DNA of 64,000 bases from a virus. Where the stretch lies: IMG/VR virus record IMGVR_UViG_3300036790_000396, positions 64,001 to 128,000 of that record, one strand, 5' to 3'. This document shows, piece after piece, positions 37,401 to 46,821 of this stretch. Position numbers and translations under genes: made by a program. Positions within the stretch are counted from its first letter, which is position 1, and each line of letters starts with the position of its first letter. The notes beneath the pieces are model-generated. The model searched no databases and was not told where the DNA came from. It saw only the letters and a list, made by a program, of their open reading frames with translations.

Positions 37401-40400
37401 GAGCGCACTGTTCTCAAGGGCTGGCAGGAAGTGCCGGCCGGGCAAGAGGGAGACTTCGTGAGCAGCAGGGACTTCACCGGGCGCCATCCCGAGCCGCCGC
37501 CGGACAACCTCGCGATGCTGCCTCCCTCCGAGGCCGCGAGGAACGAGGAGACCTGGCCCGAGCTGCCCGGCGCCGACCTGGTTTCCTCGCCCCAGGAGCG
37601 CAGCAAGCCGTATCACCCCGAGACGACCCTGGAGAATTTCGACCACCGCGAGTGGATCAACGACATCGACCCGAACGCTCACAAGTCCGGGGACAAGGGC
37701 TGGTTCGAGCACACCCTCAGCTCCCTCCGCGCCCAGGCCGCAGAGGAGGGCGAAGAGGAAGACGAGCCCGCGCCCCGGTCCCTGCGCGAGTTCCGCGTCA
37801 GCCCCCGCCAGGGTCATCCCGGCCAGGGCGGAACGGTGCCGAAGAACCCGCAGTCGGCCATCACCAACGCCGTGCCGCACGACTGGGCAGCGGCCTACGG
37901 GCCGCTGACTCGCGCCAAGATGAGCGCCCTGGAGCCCACTCCCCGCGCCTTCCTCCTGGCCGTCGCCGCGGCGGCCTCTCCTGCCGCCGGCCCGGATGAC
38001 GACGATCCCGGTGAGGACGAGGAAGACGCCGAGGAGATGCCGGGCGGCTTCGATGACCGCGCCCTGATGCCGCAGGTGCTGCAGGGGCAGGCCCCTCCCG
38101 GCGCGTTCGCGCCGCCGCCGGTGGCGGCCGAGGGCCTCGATCCCTACAGCCAGGCCGGGATGAGCAGCCAGGACCGGCTGATGCGCCAGTACGAGCGTGA
38201 TCACCCCGGCGCGGGCGAGCTGAAGCCGTTCAGCCGCGACGACGAGACGGAGCGGAAGGAAGACCGCGAGAGCGTGCAGGCGCATGCGTCGCTGCGCGCC
38301 CTCGCGTCGCTGCCGGCGTTCCGGTTCGAGGTCACCGCCTCCTGGAACGACGTGCAGGCCAAGGCGCAGCGGCTGCGCACCACCGGGTCGGTGAGGATCA
38401 CCCACGCCACGAAGGGCATGATCATCGGCGAGGTCCGCGGCGACCACGCTACCTACGAGTCCGGCATCCAGTCCTATCCGGGGCGCCCGCAGTCCGTGAT
38501 GGCATGGGAGTGCGGCTGCCCCTGGGCGTCCTTCCACCAGAATCAGCCGCGGGGCAGCTCCCGCTTCGCGGCCCGGATGTGCAGTCATGCCCTGGCGATC
38601 CGGTACGAGGCGCAGTCCCGCGGCATGTTCGGCCGCACGGTCGCTCCCGACACCCGCGCCCCGTCGTGGCAGCCGCACGACGTCGTCGTCAAGTCCTGGC
38701 CGCCGTACGAGGGCGATCCGCACGCCGGCCGCTGGCGCGAGCAGCTCATGGCCCCGGCCGCCAGCCGTACCGCCGCGCGGGAGGGGGGGCTGCCGTTCGT
38801 CCCGTCCTACGGGCAGGACGATCTCCGCGCGCACCTGATGCACCACCACGGGCTGCCCGCGTCGTTGCAGAACGCCCACATGAGCGACGCGGAGACAGAG
38901 CGGTGGCACCGGGGGAAGCACCGGAACCGGACGGACGAGACTCACCAGCACGAGCGGCCGGAGGGCATCGGCGCCGAGCACGAGTACCCCGCGATGGCCG
39001 AGCCGTCCGAGGACTACGGCGCGTGGAACGGCGACCGGGAGGTTCACCCGCGGTACTTCCCCGGGATGCTCGCTGACGAGGACCGGTCGCGGGCGTTCGG
39101 GCCGCTGCCGCCCTCCTACAGCTCGCTGCAGAGGACGGCTGCCGAGGACGAGGACTCCCAGCAGGACGTCCCGTTCGGCGAGGGCGTCACGCCCGGCCAC
39201 CCGTTCCGCCGCGGTGACATCTCCAACGGCATGTACTCCCCGCACACCCAGCTCGGCAGTCCCTGGTACCTTCCCGCCGGCACGCAGGAGCGGTACGAGG
39301 AGGGAAGCAGCGACGAGCACGCCGGGCAGCTCAGCGCGCTCCGCGAGCAGCGCGAGGAAATGCGGGAGGACGCCGAGGAAGAGGAGCGCGAGCGCCGCGA
39401 GCACCAGGAGAACGGCGGCGGCTTCCGGCCGCGCCCGTCACTGCGCATGTCCCGCCGCGTGACCGCCGACCAGGCCAATGCCCCCTGGGGTGCCCAGAAC
39501 GTCGTGCAGCACCTCCCGCAGCAGCCCTACGGTGCCACGTCGCCGGCCGAGAAGGACCAGGATCCCGGCTCCTACGGCCCGCTGTCCGGCCCCGACCCGG
39601 AGAACTGGGGCGAGATCCAGGACGGGTCGGCCGTCCAGATGCCCCTGAGCAGCGAGGCCGTCCTGCATTACATCGCCGCCGGCGCCGCGGTGATGGACGC
39701 TCCCGTGCGCACGCGCCAGGTCAGCAGCCCGAAGCTCAGTGATGACGGCGGGGGTCCTCCCCCGCTGGAGATGGGCAGCGGCGGCGGAGGAGACGGCGAG
39801 GGCCGGTACCGGTACCTGATCACCCGGCACAGCCCCAACGGCTTCAGCCTCATCAACGACCTCCCGGCGGGTCATCAGGACCAGCATGTCTCCTACCACC
39901 ACACGGCGGACGAGGCGCTGCACATGCTCGGCCACAAGCAGCGGGCCGGGTCGGCTTCCCCGCACGAGGTGTACTACCTGCCGAAGATGGACGACACTGC
40001 GGGATGGAAGCAGAGCGACCGCGGGATGTACTGGGAAGACCAGGGGCGCAAGCCGCCGCCGCGCTACGACTGGGGAAAGAAATACCAGGAGCACCTGAAC
40101 CGCTGGTTCAATCCCCGCTCTCCTTCGTACAGCCCGCACCCCGATTACGTGCCGGCCTCGGCTGACATGAGCGACGCGGAGCTGCAGGACCACTGGAAGC
40201 AGCAGCACTCCCAGACGCCCATGCCGAAGCTGCGCAGCCGCGAGCAGCATGATCACCGCCATGACCGGCTGACCGACGACGTGCTGCCCGAGTCATTCGA
40301 CTCGTTCAAGAACCAGTCGAATGACTTCAGGGACCAGAAGAAAGGCGTCGAGCTGTTCGGCTGCCCGGCGAACCACCTGGAGGCCAGGGACTCCGCCGGG

Positions 40401-42116
40401 TGCGAGTACGGCGGCGGCGGCCATGTGCACGGCCCGTCGATGAGTGACCTGTTCGGCGACGACAGCGCCCGCGACCAGTACATGGACGAGGGAGAGGGGC
40501 CCGGGCACCTGTCGAGCCTGCATACCGCCGACGCGACCGCGATCATGGGCGAGCCCGTTCCCGGGCTGCTCACCCCCGGTAAGCCGACGGCCGTGCAGGA
40601 ATGGCAGGAATCATTCCCGTACGCCGACCGGGCGGCTACGGCCGGCCCGATGACCTCGATCACGCCGCACGACGGCAACGGGCTGCGGTTCGAGGAGTCA
40701 GCCGAGTACGCGCACCGGGATCCGTCGCGCCTGACCGAGGAGGACAAGGACCGCCTGAGCGGGATCACCGATGCCCGGGCGGACCGCCTGGACCCGCAGT
40801 CCGACGAGCACGAGTACATCTGGGGCTTCCGCCAGGACCGGCCGCACGAGCACATGCGCTACGGCCAGCAGGCGGCGGAGGAGCACCGCGCTGCGTACGA
40901 TGCCGGCGCCTCGGCCCGCGGGCACGACGTGCAGTGGGAGCGCGGGCACGGCTGGGGCGATCCTGCATCCGCGCAGTCCGTGCAGGGCACCTGCCGCAAC
41001 TGCGGCGGGACGATGACCGTCGGCCCTTCCAGCACCTCTTCGACGTCACACGTCAGCCGGGATCTCCGCTCCGGCCAGTGCCCTGGTCCGGGTACCGCCT
41101 GGCAGGCGCAGATGCAGGACGAGCTGGCCAGCGAGCGGTTCAGGGGCGCCGTTTCCCAGTTCGGCCATGACGTGAAGGACGGCCTCGACCGGCAGTGGCT
41201 GCGAGACCAGGGCATCGAGGCCAGCCTCCGCGCTGCGGACGCCATGCTCGTCCTGGCCGCAGAGGAAGGGTTCCGGGGCACTGACGATCATGGCCATGAG
41301 GTGGAGTACGACGGTATCGACGGCTGGCAGCACCTGGACGGTTCCGTCTCCCACGATGACGGGACCTGCGTCACTGACGGGCATGTCCGCGAGCACCGGG
41401 CATCCCTCGGCGAGCCCGAGCAGCCCGGCGGTGCCCTCGCTGAACTTAAGGACGAGCCGGACGCCGCCCTGGACCCCGACGGCCTCACCGGTGCCGCTGA
41501 CGGCACGATCGGCGGCGGGGACGCGGGAACGGACGGCAGCGCCGCCTGGGGTGCCGCCAGCTCTGCCCTCGTCAGCTCCTGGGGCGCCCGCACGTACGAC
41601 CCGAGCCAGACGCCGGCCGTAGGCTCCTCTGCCCAGCACCCGGACATGGCCACGCAGGAGCCCGGCCTGGGATCGATGGACGACGCCCTGTCCCCGGATG
41701 ACCTGTCCATCCAGACCGTCGGCTACCAGCAGTGGTCCGGTGACCAGGTCGATTCCGGTGACCTCGCGGTGTCCGCGCACCCGCAGGAGTTCCCGCAGGA
41801 GGCCGAAGCCGACGGCCCCGGCATCGCCGACGGGCAGCTGCACCTCACGGGGAAGGCTGCGTCGCTGTACGATCCGCGGCAGGAGGGGAAACTGCGCGGC
41901 GACGGCGACATCGCCGCCGCGGCCCGGCAGTTCCTCGCCTCGGGGCAGCTCTCGAAGACCGCCGAGGTGCTGCCCGCGGCCGAGGCCCAGGAGCTGATTC
42001 GGGAGGGGACCGGGTCCCGTGCCCGCAACCTGGACCTGCTGCAGCTCGACGGCACCCACTATGCCGACGCACCGGATGATATAGATGATCACGAGGATGA
42101 CGTGCTTTGGGTATAA
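34419..42116 (+). CDS. Giant modular head protein (about 2560 aa) with three ART-like modules, a SWIM Zn finger and His-rich modules
   Basis: GGAGG plus ATGA overlap; WECGCPW...CSH (SWIM); three HRG modules; TAA/RTA/HA junctions. Confidence 0.75.
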   Translation: MMAWYDEPGHAPVGDELHRGIGIYLPQDLHDYVHDESVPPDRRAHALLDRIGHTPGWAWSDDPVSAKRYAELNEPPVWHEGESGEVTPVMLHARTPGREHWLSGPHALRARELAGGYDDERPRPDPAQREVQLEAGAPLDVTGISWARPDHVGPWGIHAGEQSPAQDPGWTAHRFPRRIQLTAAVLPAKTAAASRDDLQDKSKVYLRFGHWPENERSFSGAGGYHEDGVSAYELDGDGDPKDPDPDYERGHVHEGCDPDCDMDLDDPDNDTGEEMEGRVRRAQRNRENGSDVRGETGHLVRGDVAGLGYDAEPLLTNVRRVGDWIDHRHLFVPGARPHRLARDPSSGDYEPPAEQPPLRHEGAAFPHSQLKLFHMQPDPGLNVPESGRHNPEDPGAHSRWREETDPDYEAPRCQNCGGNLHDPEGHAEDHQNWLGEQDWHTDWNEEQPGPVLHRGLVMELPPELHNRVHDESVPAADRARALVRHVIRDQGDGSPHGGLGNFWSDDPDVSKSYAEGRGGSRSETPVMLHVKTPPMEHVETDPDQLEHWGVFSYHLNGNREVPLQHQAPLEITGVSWAHPGHAVTRGPSPHDAAAWHEPGPHHFGQDPAWTHHEFGDGIRAHAASEKTWTGDPAPDWERAFREKDPRLTEMHRGIRVYPSDDVYRHVTDTSIPGADRAHVLLRHIGEQMREQPGHGIGISWTDNPDHAMRVARDGGWAEDAARSWRWPHPDDRGDHLGVVLNAKWPEKGHIETDQRVLNRHLVVPYDSPATEGEIPLRKGAPATITGLTWSQPLPGWGHQYAVHSGTFGRPVRYNGTDFEFPGQDRIAAYQGETDPRESEFNGDPQVAGVYWTAPAQQSAVQDGQLDDPQVLAPVLPVPPMLPMTPVATRIYDQKIDDHGDAPDHGTRPRASDPEGYDRDSTEGNGDPKWSDASEQTKRDQNGAAIAMYPEGVSAGGGPGISVGPFTAARLRYSACGTAPEGGEVTAARVPWTDHERTVLKGWQEVPAGQEGDFVSSRDFTGRHPEPPPDNLAMLPPSEAARNEETWPELPGADLVSSPQERSKPYHPETTLENFDHREWINDIDPNAHKSGDKGWFEHTLSSLRAQAAEEGEEEDEPAPRSLREFRVSPRQGHPGQGGTVPKNPQSAITNAVPHDWAAAYGPLTRAKMSALEPTPRAFLLAVAAAASPAAGPDDDDPGEDEEDAEEMPGGFDDRALMPQVLQGQAPPGAFAPPPVAAEGLDPYSQAGMSSQDRLMRQYERDHPGAGELKPFSRDDETERKEDRESVQAHASLRALASLPAFRFEVTASWNDVQAKAQRLRTTGSVRITHATKGMIIGEVRGDHATYESGIQSYPGRPQSVMAWECGCPWASFHQNQPRGSSRFAARMCSHALAIRYEAQSRGMFGRTVAPDTRAPSWQPHDVVVKSWPPYEGDPHAGRWREQLMAPAASRTAAREGGLPFVPSYGQDDLRAHLMHHHGLPASLQNAHMSDAETERWHRGKHRNRTDETHQHERPEGIGAEHEYPAMAEPSEDYGAWNGDREVHPRYFPGMLADEDRSRAFGPLPPSYSSLQRTAAEDEDSQQDVPFGEGVTPGHPFRRGDISNGMYSPHTQLGSPWYLPAGTQERYEEGSSDEHAGQLSALREQREEMREDAEEEERERREHQENGGGFRPRPSLRMSRRVTADQANAPWGAQNVVQHLPQQPYGATSPAEKDQDPGSYGPLSGPDPENWGEIQDGSAVQMPLSSEAVLHYIAAGAAVMDAPVRTRQVSSPKLSDDGGGPPPLEMGSGGGGDGEGRYRYLITRHSPNGFSLINDLPAGHQDQHVSYHHTADEALHMLGHKQRAGSASPHEVYYLPKMDDTAGWKQSDRGMYWEDQGRKPPPRYDWGKKYQEHLNRWFNPRSPSYSPHPDYVPASADMSDAELQDHWKQQHSQTPMPKLRSREQHDHRHDRLTDDVLPESFDSFKNQSNDFRDQKKGVELFGCPANHLEARDSAGCEYGGGGHVHGPSMSDLFGDDSARDQYMDEGEGPGHLSSLHTADATAIMGEPVPGLLTPGKPTAVQEWQESFPYADRAATAGPMTSITPHDGNGLRFEESAEYAHRDPSRLTEEDKDRLSGITDARADRLDPQSDEHEYIWGFRQDRPHEHMRYGQQAAEEHRAAYDAGASARGHDVQWERGHGWGDPASAQSVQGTCRNCGGTMTVGPSSTSSTSHVSRDLRSGQCPGPGTAWQAQMQDELASERFRGAVSQFGHDVKDGLDRQWLRDQGIEASLRAADAMLVLAAEEGFRGTDDHGHEVEYDGIDGWQHLDGSVSHDDGTCVTDGHVREHRASLGEPEQPGGALAELKDEPDAALDPDGLTGAADGTIGGGDAGTDGSAAWGAASSALVSSWGARTYDPSQTPAVGSSAQHPDMATQEPGLGSMDDALSPDDLSIQTVGYQQWSGDQVDSGDLAVSAHPQEFPQEAEADGPGIADGQLHLTGKAASLYDPRQEGKLRGDGDIAAAARQFLASGQLSKTAEVLPAAEAQELIREGTGSRARNLDLLQLDGTHYADAPDDIDDHEDDVLWV

Positions 42117-42124
42117 AACATGGT

Positions 42125-42412
42125 ATGACCGTTCCGGCGTCCATGATTCCGGAGAGCGCCTTCGGCATCGCCGCACGCGATTTCGCCGACGAGGAGATCT
42201 GGGAGCAGGACCCCTTCGGCGGGGCCGGACTGCGCCTGCGCGTCCTTGACGGGCGCATACTCACGCCCGCCGATGTCCGTGACGCGCTGGGTGCGGTACG
42301 TTGCGCCGTCAGCGTGGCCTCTGTATGGATACATCTCGATGACAACGCGGATGAGCGCCGGGAAGGAGTGAGGCGCGCGTGGGAGGGGTGGCTTGCCCGC
42401 GACCCGGACTGA
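42125..42412 (+). CDS. Hypothetical protein
   Basis: ORF after an AT-rich stretch. Confidence 0.45.
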   Translation: MTVPASMIPESAFGIAARDFADEEIWEQDPFGGAGLRLRVLDGRILTPADVRDALGAVRCAVSVASVWIHLDDNADERREGVRRAWEGWLARDPD

Positions 42413-42493
42413 CCGCCTGAACGACCGTTTTTCGGGAAGGGGCGGGGTGAAGTCTTCAGGAGGGGGCAGGCACGGTGAGATGGCAGGCCGGCA

Positions 42494-42868
42494 GTGAGCG
42501 TGCACGCGCTCGCCTCCGCGTCCTCGGCCATCACCATCAGCGACATCGCGAACTACGGTGCCCTGATCATGAACGCGGGAGCCGTCGGGCTCTGGCTGTT
42601 CGCGTTCCTGCGCCGCTGGATCGTGCTCCCCTCGGAGGTAGCGTCCGCCGAGAAGGAGCGCGACGAGTGGAAGCGCATGTTCCGGGAGGAGCGCCAGGCT
42701 CACGACCGCACGCGCGACGGGCTGCAGGCGGCGCTGCAGCGCACCGAGTCCGGGGTGGAAGCGTCCCGGATGATCGCCACCGCCATCGCCGCCGTGCAGG
42801 GCCGTGATGTTCCGCCGTCGCTGCAGGAAGGACACCGCCGCCAGCGAGGAGCTGGCCGAGGCCCGTGA
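42494..42868 (+). CDS. Holin-like membrane protein
   Basis: TM helix, then WIVLP...ERDEWK coiled coil. Confidence 0.6.
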   Translation: MSVHALASASSAITISDIANYGALIMNAGAVGLWLFAFLRRWIVLPSEVASAEKERDEWKRMFREERQAHDRTRDGLQAALQRTESGVEASRMIATAIAAVQGRDVPPSLQEGHRRQRGAGRGP

Positions 42869-43052
42869 GTACACGGCTGCCTCGCGCCGCCGTGCCGAGG
42901 AAGAGGCATCCGAGCAGGAGGAGAAACTGCGCCATGAGCAGGGGCTCGTGGCCGAGCTGCGCCAGATGAGGCAGCGTAATCACGTAGGGGAGGCCCTCAG
43001 GGCCTTGGTTGAGGGGGGGGACGGGAAAGATGCTGCCCGCGGCGCTGGTTAA
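42804..43052 (+). CDS. Small coiled-coil protein typical of actinophage lysis cassettes
   Basis: LRQMRQRNHVGE motif. Confidence 0.55.
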   Translation: MMFRRRCRKDTAASEELAEAREYTAASRRRAEEEASEQEEKLRHEQGLVAELRQMRQRNHVGEALRALVEGGDGKDAARGAG

Positions 43053-43395
43053 CGTCATCGAGTGGGGCGCCAACGTGGCTTTCTGGGCTTCGTGCCTGTT
43101 CCTGTTCGGGACGTCGTTCTTCTGGCCGTGGTGGAAATCCTCCTGGGGCGCGAACATCATCGCCCTGGAGTTCGCCCTGGTGCTGGCGATCATGCCGTTC
43201 GTGCTCAGCTACGACTTCGGGATTCACATCCAGGCATCGCTCGCCTACGGCTACACCGAGGCGGTCAGCCTCTGGATGATCGCCGTGATCGTCATCTGGC
43301 GGGGGATCCTGATCTTCGTCCAGCAGCAGCGCGGGGCGGCGGGCCAGCCGCAGCGCCGGGCGTTCTTCTCCTTCCCGCGCAGGGGGAAGCGGTGA
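43030..43395 (+). CDS. Holin-like membrane protein (3 TM)
   Basis: PWWKS.WG motif; three hydrophobic helices. Confidence 0.6.
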   Translation: MLPAALVNVIEWGANVAFWASCLFLFGTSFFWPWWKSSWGANIIALEFALVLAIMPFVLSYDFGIHIQASLAYGYTEAVSLWMIAVIVIWRGILIFVQQQRGAAGQPQRRAFFSFPRRGKR

Positions 43396-43694
43396 GCGTG
43401 ACCCCGCAGGACGTGCAGGATGCCTGGGAGCTGTACGACCGCCTGCGCCGCGAGGAAGTATGCCGCCGCGAGGAATGGGAGGAGGGCAGCGCCGCGGGCG
43501 GTACCGACGGCACCGCCGCAGCGCTGTTCTCCCGTTTCTACCAGGCCGAGCAGCAGACCGAGAACGCCTACCTCGCCTGGGCGCAGGCCCTGCGGCGGCT
43601 GTCCCGCGAGACCGGCACGTTCGCCGGGTTCGGGGGTCCTGCGTTCATCTCCGGGCAGTACCCGGTCCAGCAGCAGCCGCCCTCGGTCATCTGA
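43392..43694 (+). CDS. Hypothetical protein
   Basis: GTGA overlap. Confidence 0.5.
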   Translation: MSVTPQDVQDAWELYDRLRREEVCRREEWEEGSAAGGTDGTAAALFSRFYQAEQQTENAYLAWAQALRRLSRETGTFAGFGGPAFISGQYPVQQQPPSVI

Positions 43695-44115
43695 CCGGCC
43701 GCGCTTTTCCCTGCAGGGCCGCGAGCACCCGCAGCCGGGACAGCACCTCCCGGCTGTGCCCGCACTGGCCGCAGGCGATCCGCGTCCCCACCTCGACGGT
43801 GGTCTTCCCTTCCTGCCAGTGCCCGCACTTCAGCGGGTGCAGCGCCCGTTCCCCGAGCGTGATGCCGTTCGACCCGGGGATGAGCCCCTTCACTTTCGCC
43901 CGCTCGATCCGGGCCTGGTGAACGTACTCGCCGGTGCCCTTCAGCTCGGTGTAGGTATCCCCGAGCTGCATCCTGCGCACGGTGATCACGCATTCCTTCT
44001 CGGAGCCGGGCCAGCACTGGCCGCACTCGGCGAGCAGGATGACGTGCCGTACCTCGTCCCATGTCACGGGCTCGCCGTTCCAGGTGACGCCGTCTTCCTC
44101 GGCGATGGCGCTCAC
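43687..44115 (-). CDS. Hypothetical Zn-binding protein
   Basis: GGAGGAG RBS; CGQC, LKCGH, CGQC. Confidence 0.55.
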   Translation of the reverse strand: MSAIAEEDGVTWNGEPVTWDEVRHVILLAECGQCWPGSEKECVITVRRMQLGDTYTELKGTGEYVHQARIERAKVKGLIPGSNGITLGERALHPLKCGHWQEGKTTVEVGTRIACGQCGHSREVLSRLRVLAALQGKARPVR

Positions 44116-44438
44116 CGGCTCCTCCTGGGGACCTGCGGGGAGCGCAGGGCATCCGGCACGCGCTTCCAGTCGATGGTGATGACGGCCACATCGGCGTCCT
44201 GGTCGTGCTCGGCCGTGCACGCGTCCGCGGGGAGCTGCTCCAGCAGGATGCCGATGGCATCGGAGAGCGCGATGCCCCTGGTATCGAGCGTGGTCCAGCC
44301 GCTTTCTCCTGCCTTCAGCCTGCGCCGGAGGCTGAGCCGTGCCCATTCCGCTTCGACGGCCTCCAGCTCCCTGCGCTGCGCAGCCGCGAACTCCTCGGCC
44401 GCCGGGAAGCTGCCTGCTCCCGTGTCCTGATTTGCCAT
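44112..44438 (-). CDS. Hypothetical protein
   Basis: GGGAG RBS; coupled to the next gene. Confidence 0.5.
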   Translation of the reverse strand: MANQDTGAGSFPAAEEFAAAQRRELEAVEAEWARLSLRRRLKAGESGWTTLDTRGIALSDAIGILLEQLPADACTAEHDQDADVAVITIDWKRVPDALRSPQVPRRSR

Positions 44439-44516
44439 CCCGCTCCCTTGGTTTTCGCTAGAAACCTTGATAATCTGAAAGTACCACGGAGCGAAGAGTA
44501 GAGGAAGGCGCAAATC

Positions 44517-45122
44517 ATGGAGAACAGGAAGATGGCCCCTCAGGAACTGCTGGACGACATCGTCACCCTGAGCCGGGCCAAGGATCACCGCATGAACGCC
44601 GCGCAGGTCTCCGGCAAGCCGATGACCCTGGTCAGCGCGGAGTCCGTCCTGGCGTACCTGAGGGGGCGCGAATGGCGCGAGGGCGTTTCCCCCGCGGAGC
44701 GCGAGTCCCTCGGCGCGAGGATCGAGGGGCGTCACTTTCCCGTCCCGGGCATCCCTGCGGCACCGCAGCCGGCCCCGGCCTTCGATTCCCGGCGCATCGG
44801 CCGCGAGGGAATCTTCGTCGTGGAGAAGGACGGCGAGATGAAGGTCTACAAGGTGCTGCGCTCGCAGTACTCAGGGCACTGGCAGGCGAAGCTGTTCATC
44901 CCGCCGGAGGCGAAGGGCGGGCGTGGCACCTGGGAGTACGCCAGGGGCATGATGAGCGTCCTGCGCGAGGGCCACCGCATGACGCCCGCGCAGTCGCTGC
45001 GCTACGAGGCGCTGTACGGCTACCCGGTGTGCACCCGCTGCGGGGCCCCGCTGGAGAACGACGAGTCCCGGGAGCGCCGCTACGGCCCGGTGTGCTGGGG
45101 CAAGAAAGACGACATGGACTGA
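44517..45122 (+). CDS. DUF6011-like Zn-finger protein
   Basis: C.RCG.PL...ES..R.YGPVC. Confidence 0.7.
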   Translation: MENRKMAPQELLDDIVTLSRAKDHRMNAAQVSGKPMTLVSAESVLAYLRGREWREGVSPAERESLGARIEGRHFPVPGIPAAPQPAPAFDSRRIGREGIFVVEKDGEMKVYKVLRSQYSGHWQAKLFIPPEAKGGRGTWEYARGMMSVLREGHRMTPAQSLRYEALYGYPVCTRCGAPLENDESRERRYGPVCWGKKDDMD

Positions 45123-45235
45123 CCCGGCATAGGGGGATGTCGCCCGATTTCAGCGTTCCGGGCGACATCCCCTGATCTTTTAGGCTATGCTGCCGGGCAG
45201 AAGGTAATTTTCCTTAGGTTCCTTAGGAGGAATCA

Positions 45236-45481
45236 GTGTCTTCCGCGTCCCCGAATCCCGAGCCCCTGCTGACCCCGGCGGAGGTCGCTGCCCGTTTCAG
45301 GGTAGATCCGAAGACTGTCACCCGCTGGGCGAAGGCCGGGCGGATCACGTCCATCCGCACCCTCGGGGGCCACCGGCGCTACCGGGAGTCCGAGATCATC
45401 GCGCTTCTCAGCGGTGCCGCGCAGGCTCAGATCGCCTCCGACGTCCAGGCCGCCAACGCCGCGGTCTTCGGCCGCTCCTGA
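45236..45481 (+). CDS. bldC: BldC-family MerR-like HTH transcription factor
   Basis: EPLLTPAEVA..FRVDPKTVTRWAKAG..TSIRTLGGHRRYRESE; AGGAGG RBS. Confidence 0.9.
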   Translation: MSSASPNPEPLLTPAEVAARFRVDPKTVTRWAKAGRITSIRTLGGHRRYRESEIIALLSGAAQAQIASDVQAANAAVFGRS

Positions 45482-45551
45482 TCATCCCGGCTCCCGCCGC
45501 CCTGCACGGCGGCGGGAGCCGGGGCATCCCCCGGCACGAGAAAGGTACATG

Positions 45552-46433
45552 ATGAGCGAGGCTCCTCCCGTCCGGTTCGCCGGCCCCCTCCAGCTGGCTC
45601 CCCCTGCCGCTGTTCCCGCTGATCCCGAGGACTCGCGTGCGGTCCTCATGACCGTCACGCCCGAGACCGCCGCCCGCTGGCTGTCCCTGGACGTGCTGCG
45701 GCGTCCCGTCCGCAAGTCCAAGCTGGTCGAGTTCGCCCGCGACATGCGCGGCGGCAGCTGGGTGCTCAACGGCGAGACGATCAAGCGCGCGCTGGACGGC
45801 GGCGTGCTCGACGGCATCCACCGTCTCGCCGCCGTTGCCGAGTCCGGCGTCTCCATCCGCTCCTGGGTCATCGAAGGGCTGCCGCCCGAAGTGCAGTCCA
45901 CCATCGATACCGGTTCCCCTCGCACCATGAGCGACCAGCTTCACATGCGCGGAGTGCCCAACTCGGTGCTGCTGGCCGCGATCACCAAGCGCGGCTGGCG
46001 CTGGCTGCAGGGTCACCGGGGCAGCGGCGGTCCCACTCCCACGCACACTGAGATGGACCTGATGATCGCCACCGTCCCGGTGCTCGCCGAGGCGACCGCC
46101 TACGCGCAGCAGGCGCGCCGGGACTTCCCGATGATCAGGGCATCGGTCTACGGCACCGCCTACCTGATCTTCTCCGCCGTCTCCAGCATCGCGGCCCGCG
46201 CCTTCCTCGAAATGGTGTCCACCGGGGAAAGCCTGCACAAGGGCGACCGGGCCCTCGCGGTGCGCAACCGCATGATCCAGGCCGCCAAGCAGGGCGAGCG
46301 CAGGCTGAACGAGCACGAGCAGCTCGCCCTCATCATCATGGGCTGGAACGCCTGGCGCGACGAGCGCTCCCTCGCGCACGTCCAGCTCCCCGCCGGCGGC
46401 CTGAAGGCCGTCAACTTCCCCGAGCCGAAGTAG
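45552..46433 (+). CDS. ParB/DndB-like protein
   Basis: VTPETA..WL...RDM..G.W..NGE.I......LDG.HRL.A. Confidence 0.7.
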   Translation: MSEAPPVRFAGPLQLAPPAAVPADPEDSRAVLMTVTPETAARWLSLDVLRRPVRKSKLVEFARDMRGGSWVLNGETIKRALDGGVLDGIHRLAAVAESGVSIRSWVIEGLPPEVQSTIDTGSPRTMSDQLHMRGVPNSVLLAAITKRGWRWLQGHRGSGGPTPTHTEMDLMIATVPVLAEATAYAQQARRDFPMIRASVYGTAYLIFSAVSSIAARAFLEMVSTGESLHKGDRALAVRNRMIQAAKQGERRLNEHEQLALIIMGWNAWRDERSLAHVQLPAGGLKAVNFPEPK

Positions 46434-46459
46434 CCGCGGGGATCACCGGGGGAGCGGTC

Positions 46460-46729
46460 GTGTTCCTGGCCGGGATCCTCATCGGGCGCTACGGCCCGTG
46501 GCGCAGGAGCCCGCAGCCGCAGGAGAACGGCCCCTCCTGCGGCTGCGGCCACCACCTGTCGTTCCACGAGAACGGCACCGGCCGCTGCCGTTTCGAGAAG
46601 CGCGGCAGGGCGGCCAGCTACGACAGGGGCAGCCGCCCTGTCGGGTGGGATACGGAACGCTGCGGCTGCCAGCATTACAGCGGCCCGGAGCCGTATCCCG
46701 AGTACTACGCTCGGGACATCTCGTCCTGA
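46460..46729 (+). CDS. Small Cys/His-rich protein
   Basis: CGCGHH...C...CGCQHY.GPEP. Confidence 0.55.
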   Translation: MFLAGILIGRYGPWRRSPQPQENGPSCGCGHHLSFHENGTGRCRFEKRGRAASYDRGSRPVGWDTERCGCQHYSGPEPYPEYYARDISS

Positions 46730-46821
46730 GGGGGTGAGGCCGCTGTATCCCGTAGGTGACACGGCGCCCCTGTTAGCCGGCCTCCGTCCCTCGGAAGAAC
46801 AGAGGGACGGAGGCCGTTTTC

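Noticed and set aside
34317-39404. Very long minus-strand ORFs (also 4602-7460, 3106-4725, 15071-17086, 30842-32722, 51305-52711)
   Set aside because: These are antisense shadows of GC3-rich genes, with no motifs, RBS or promoter. The 48392-48937 HNH differs in having all catalytic motifs and a promoter.
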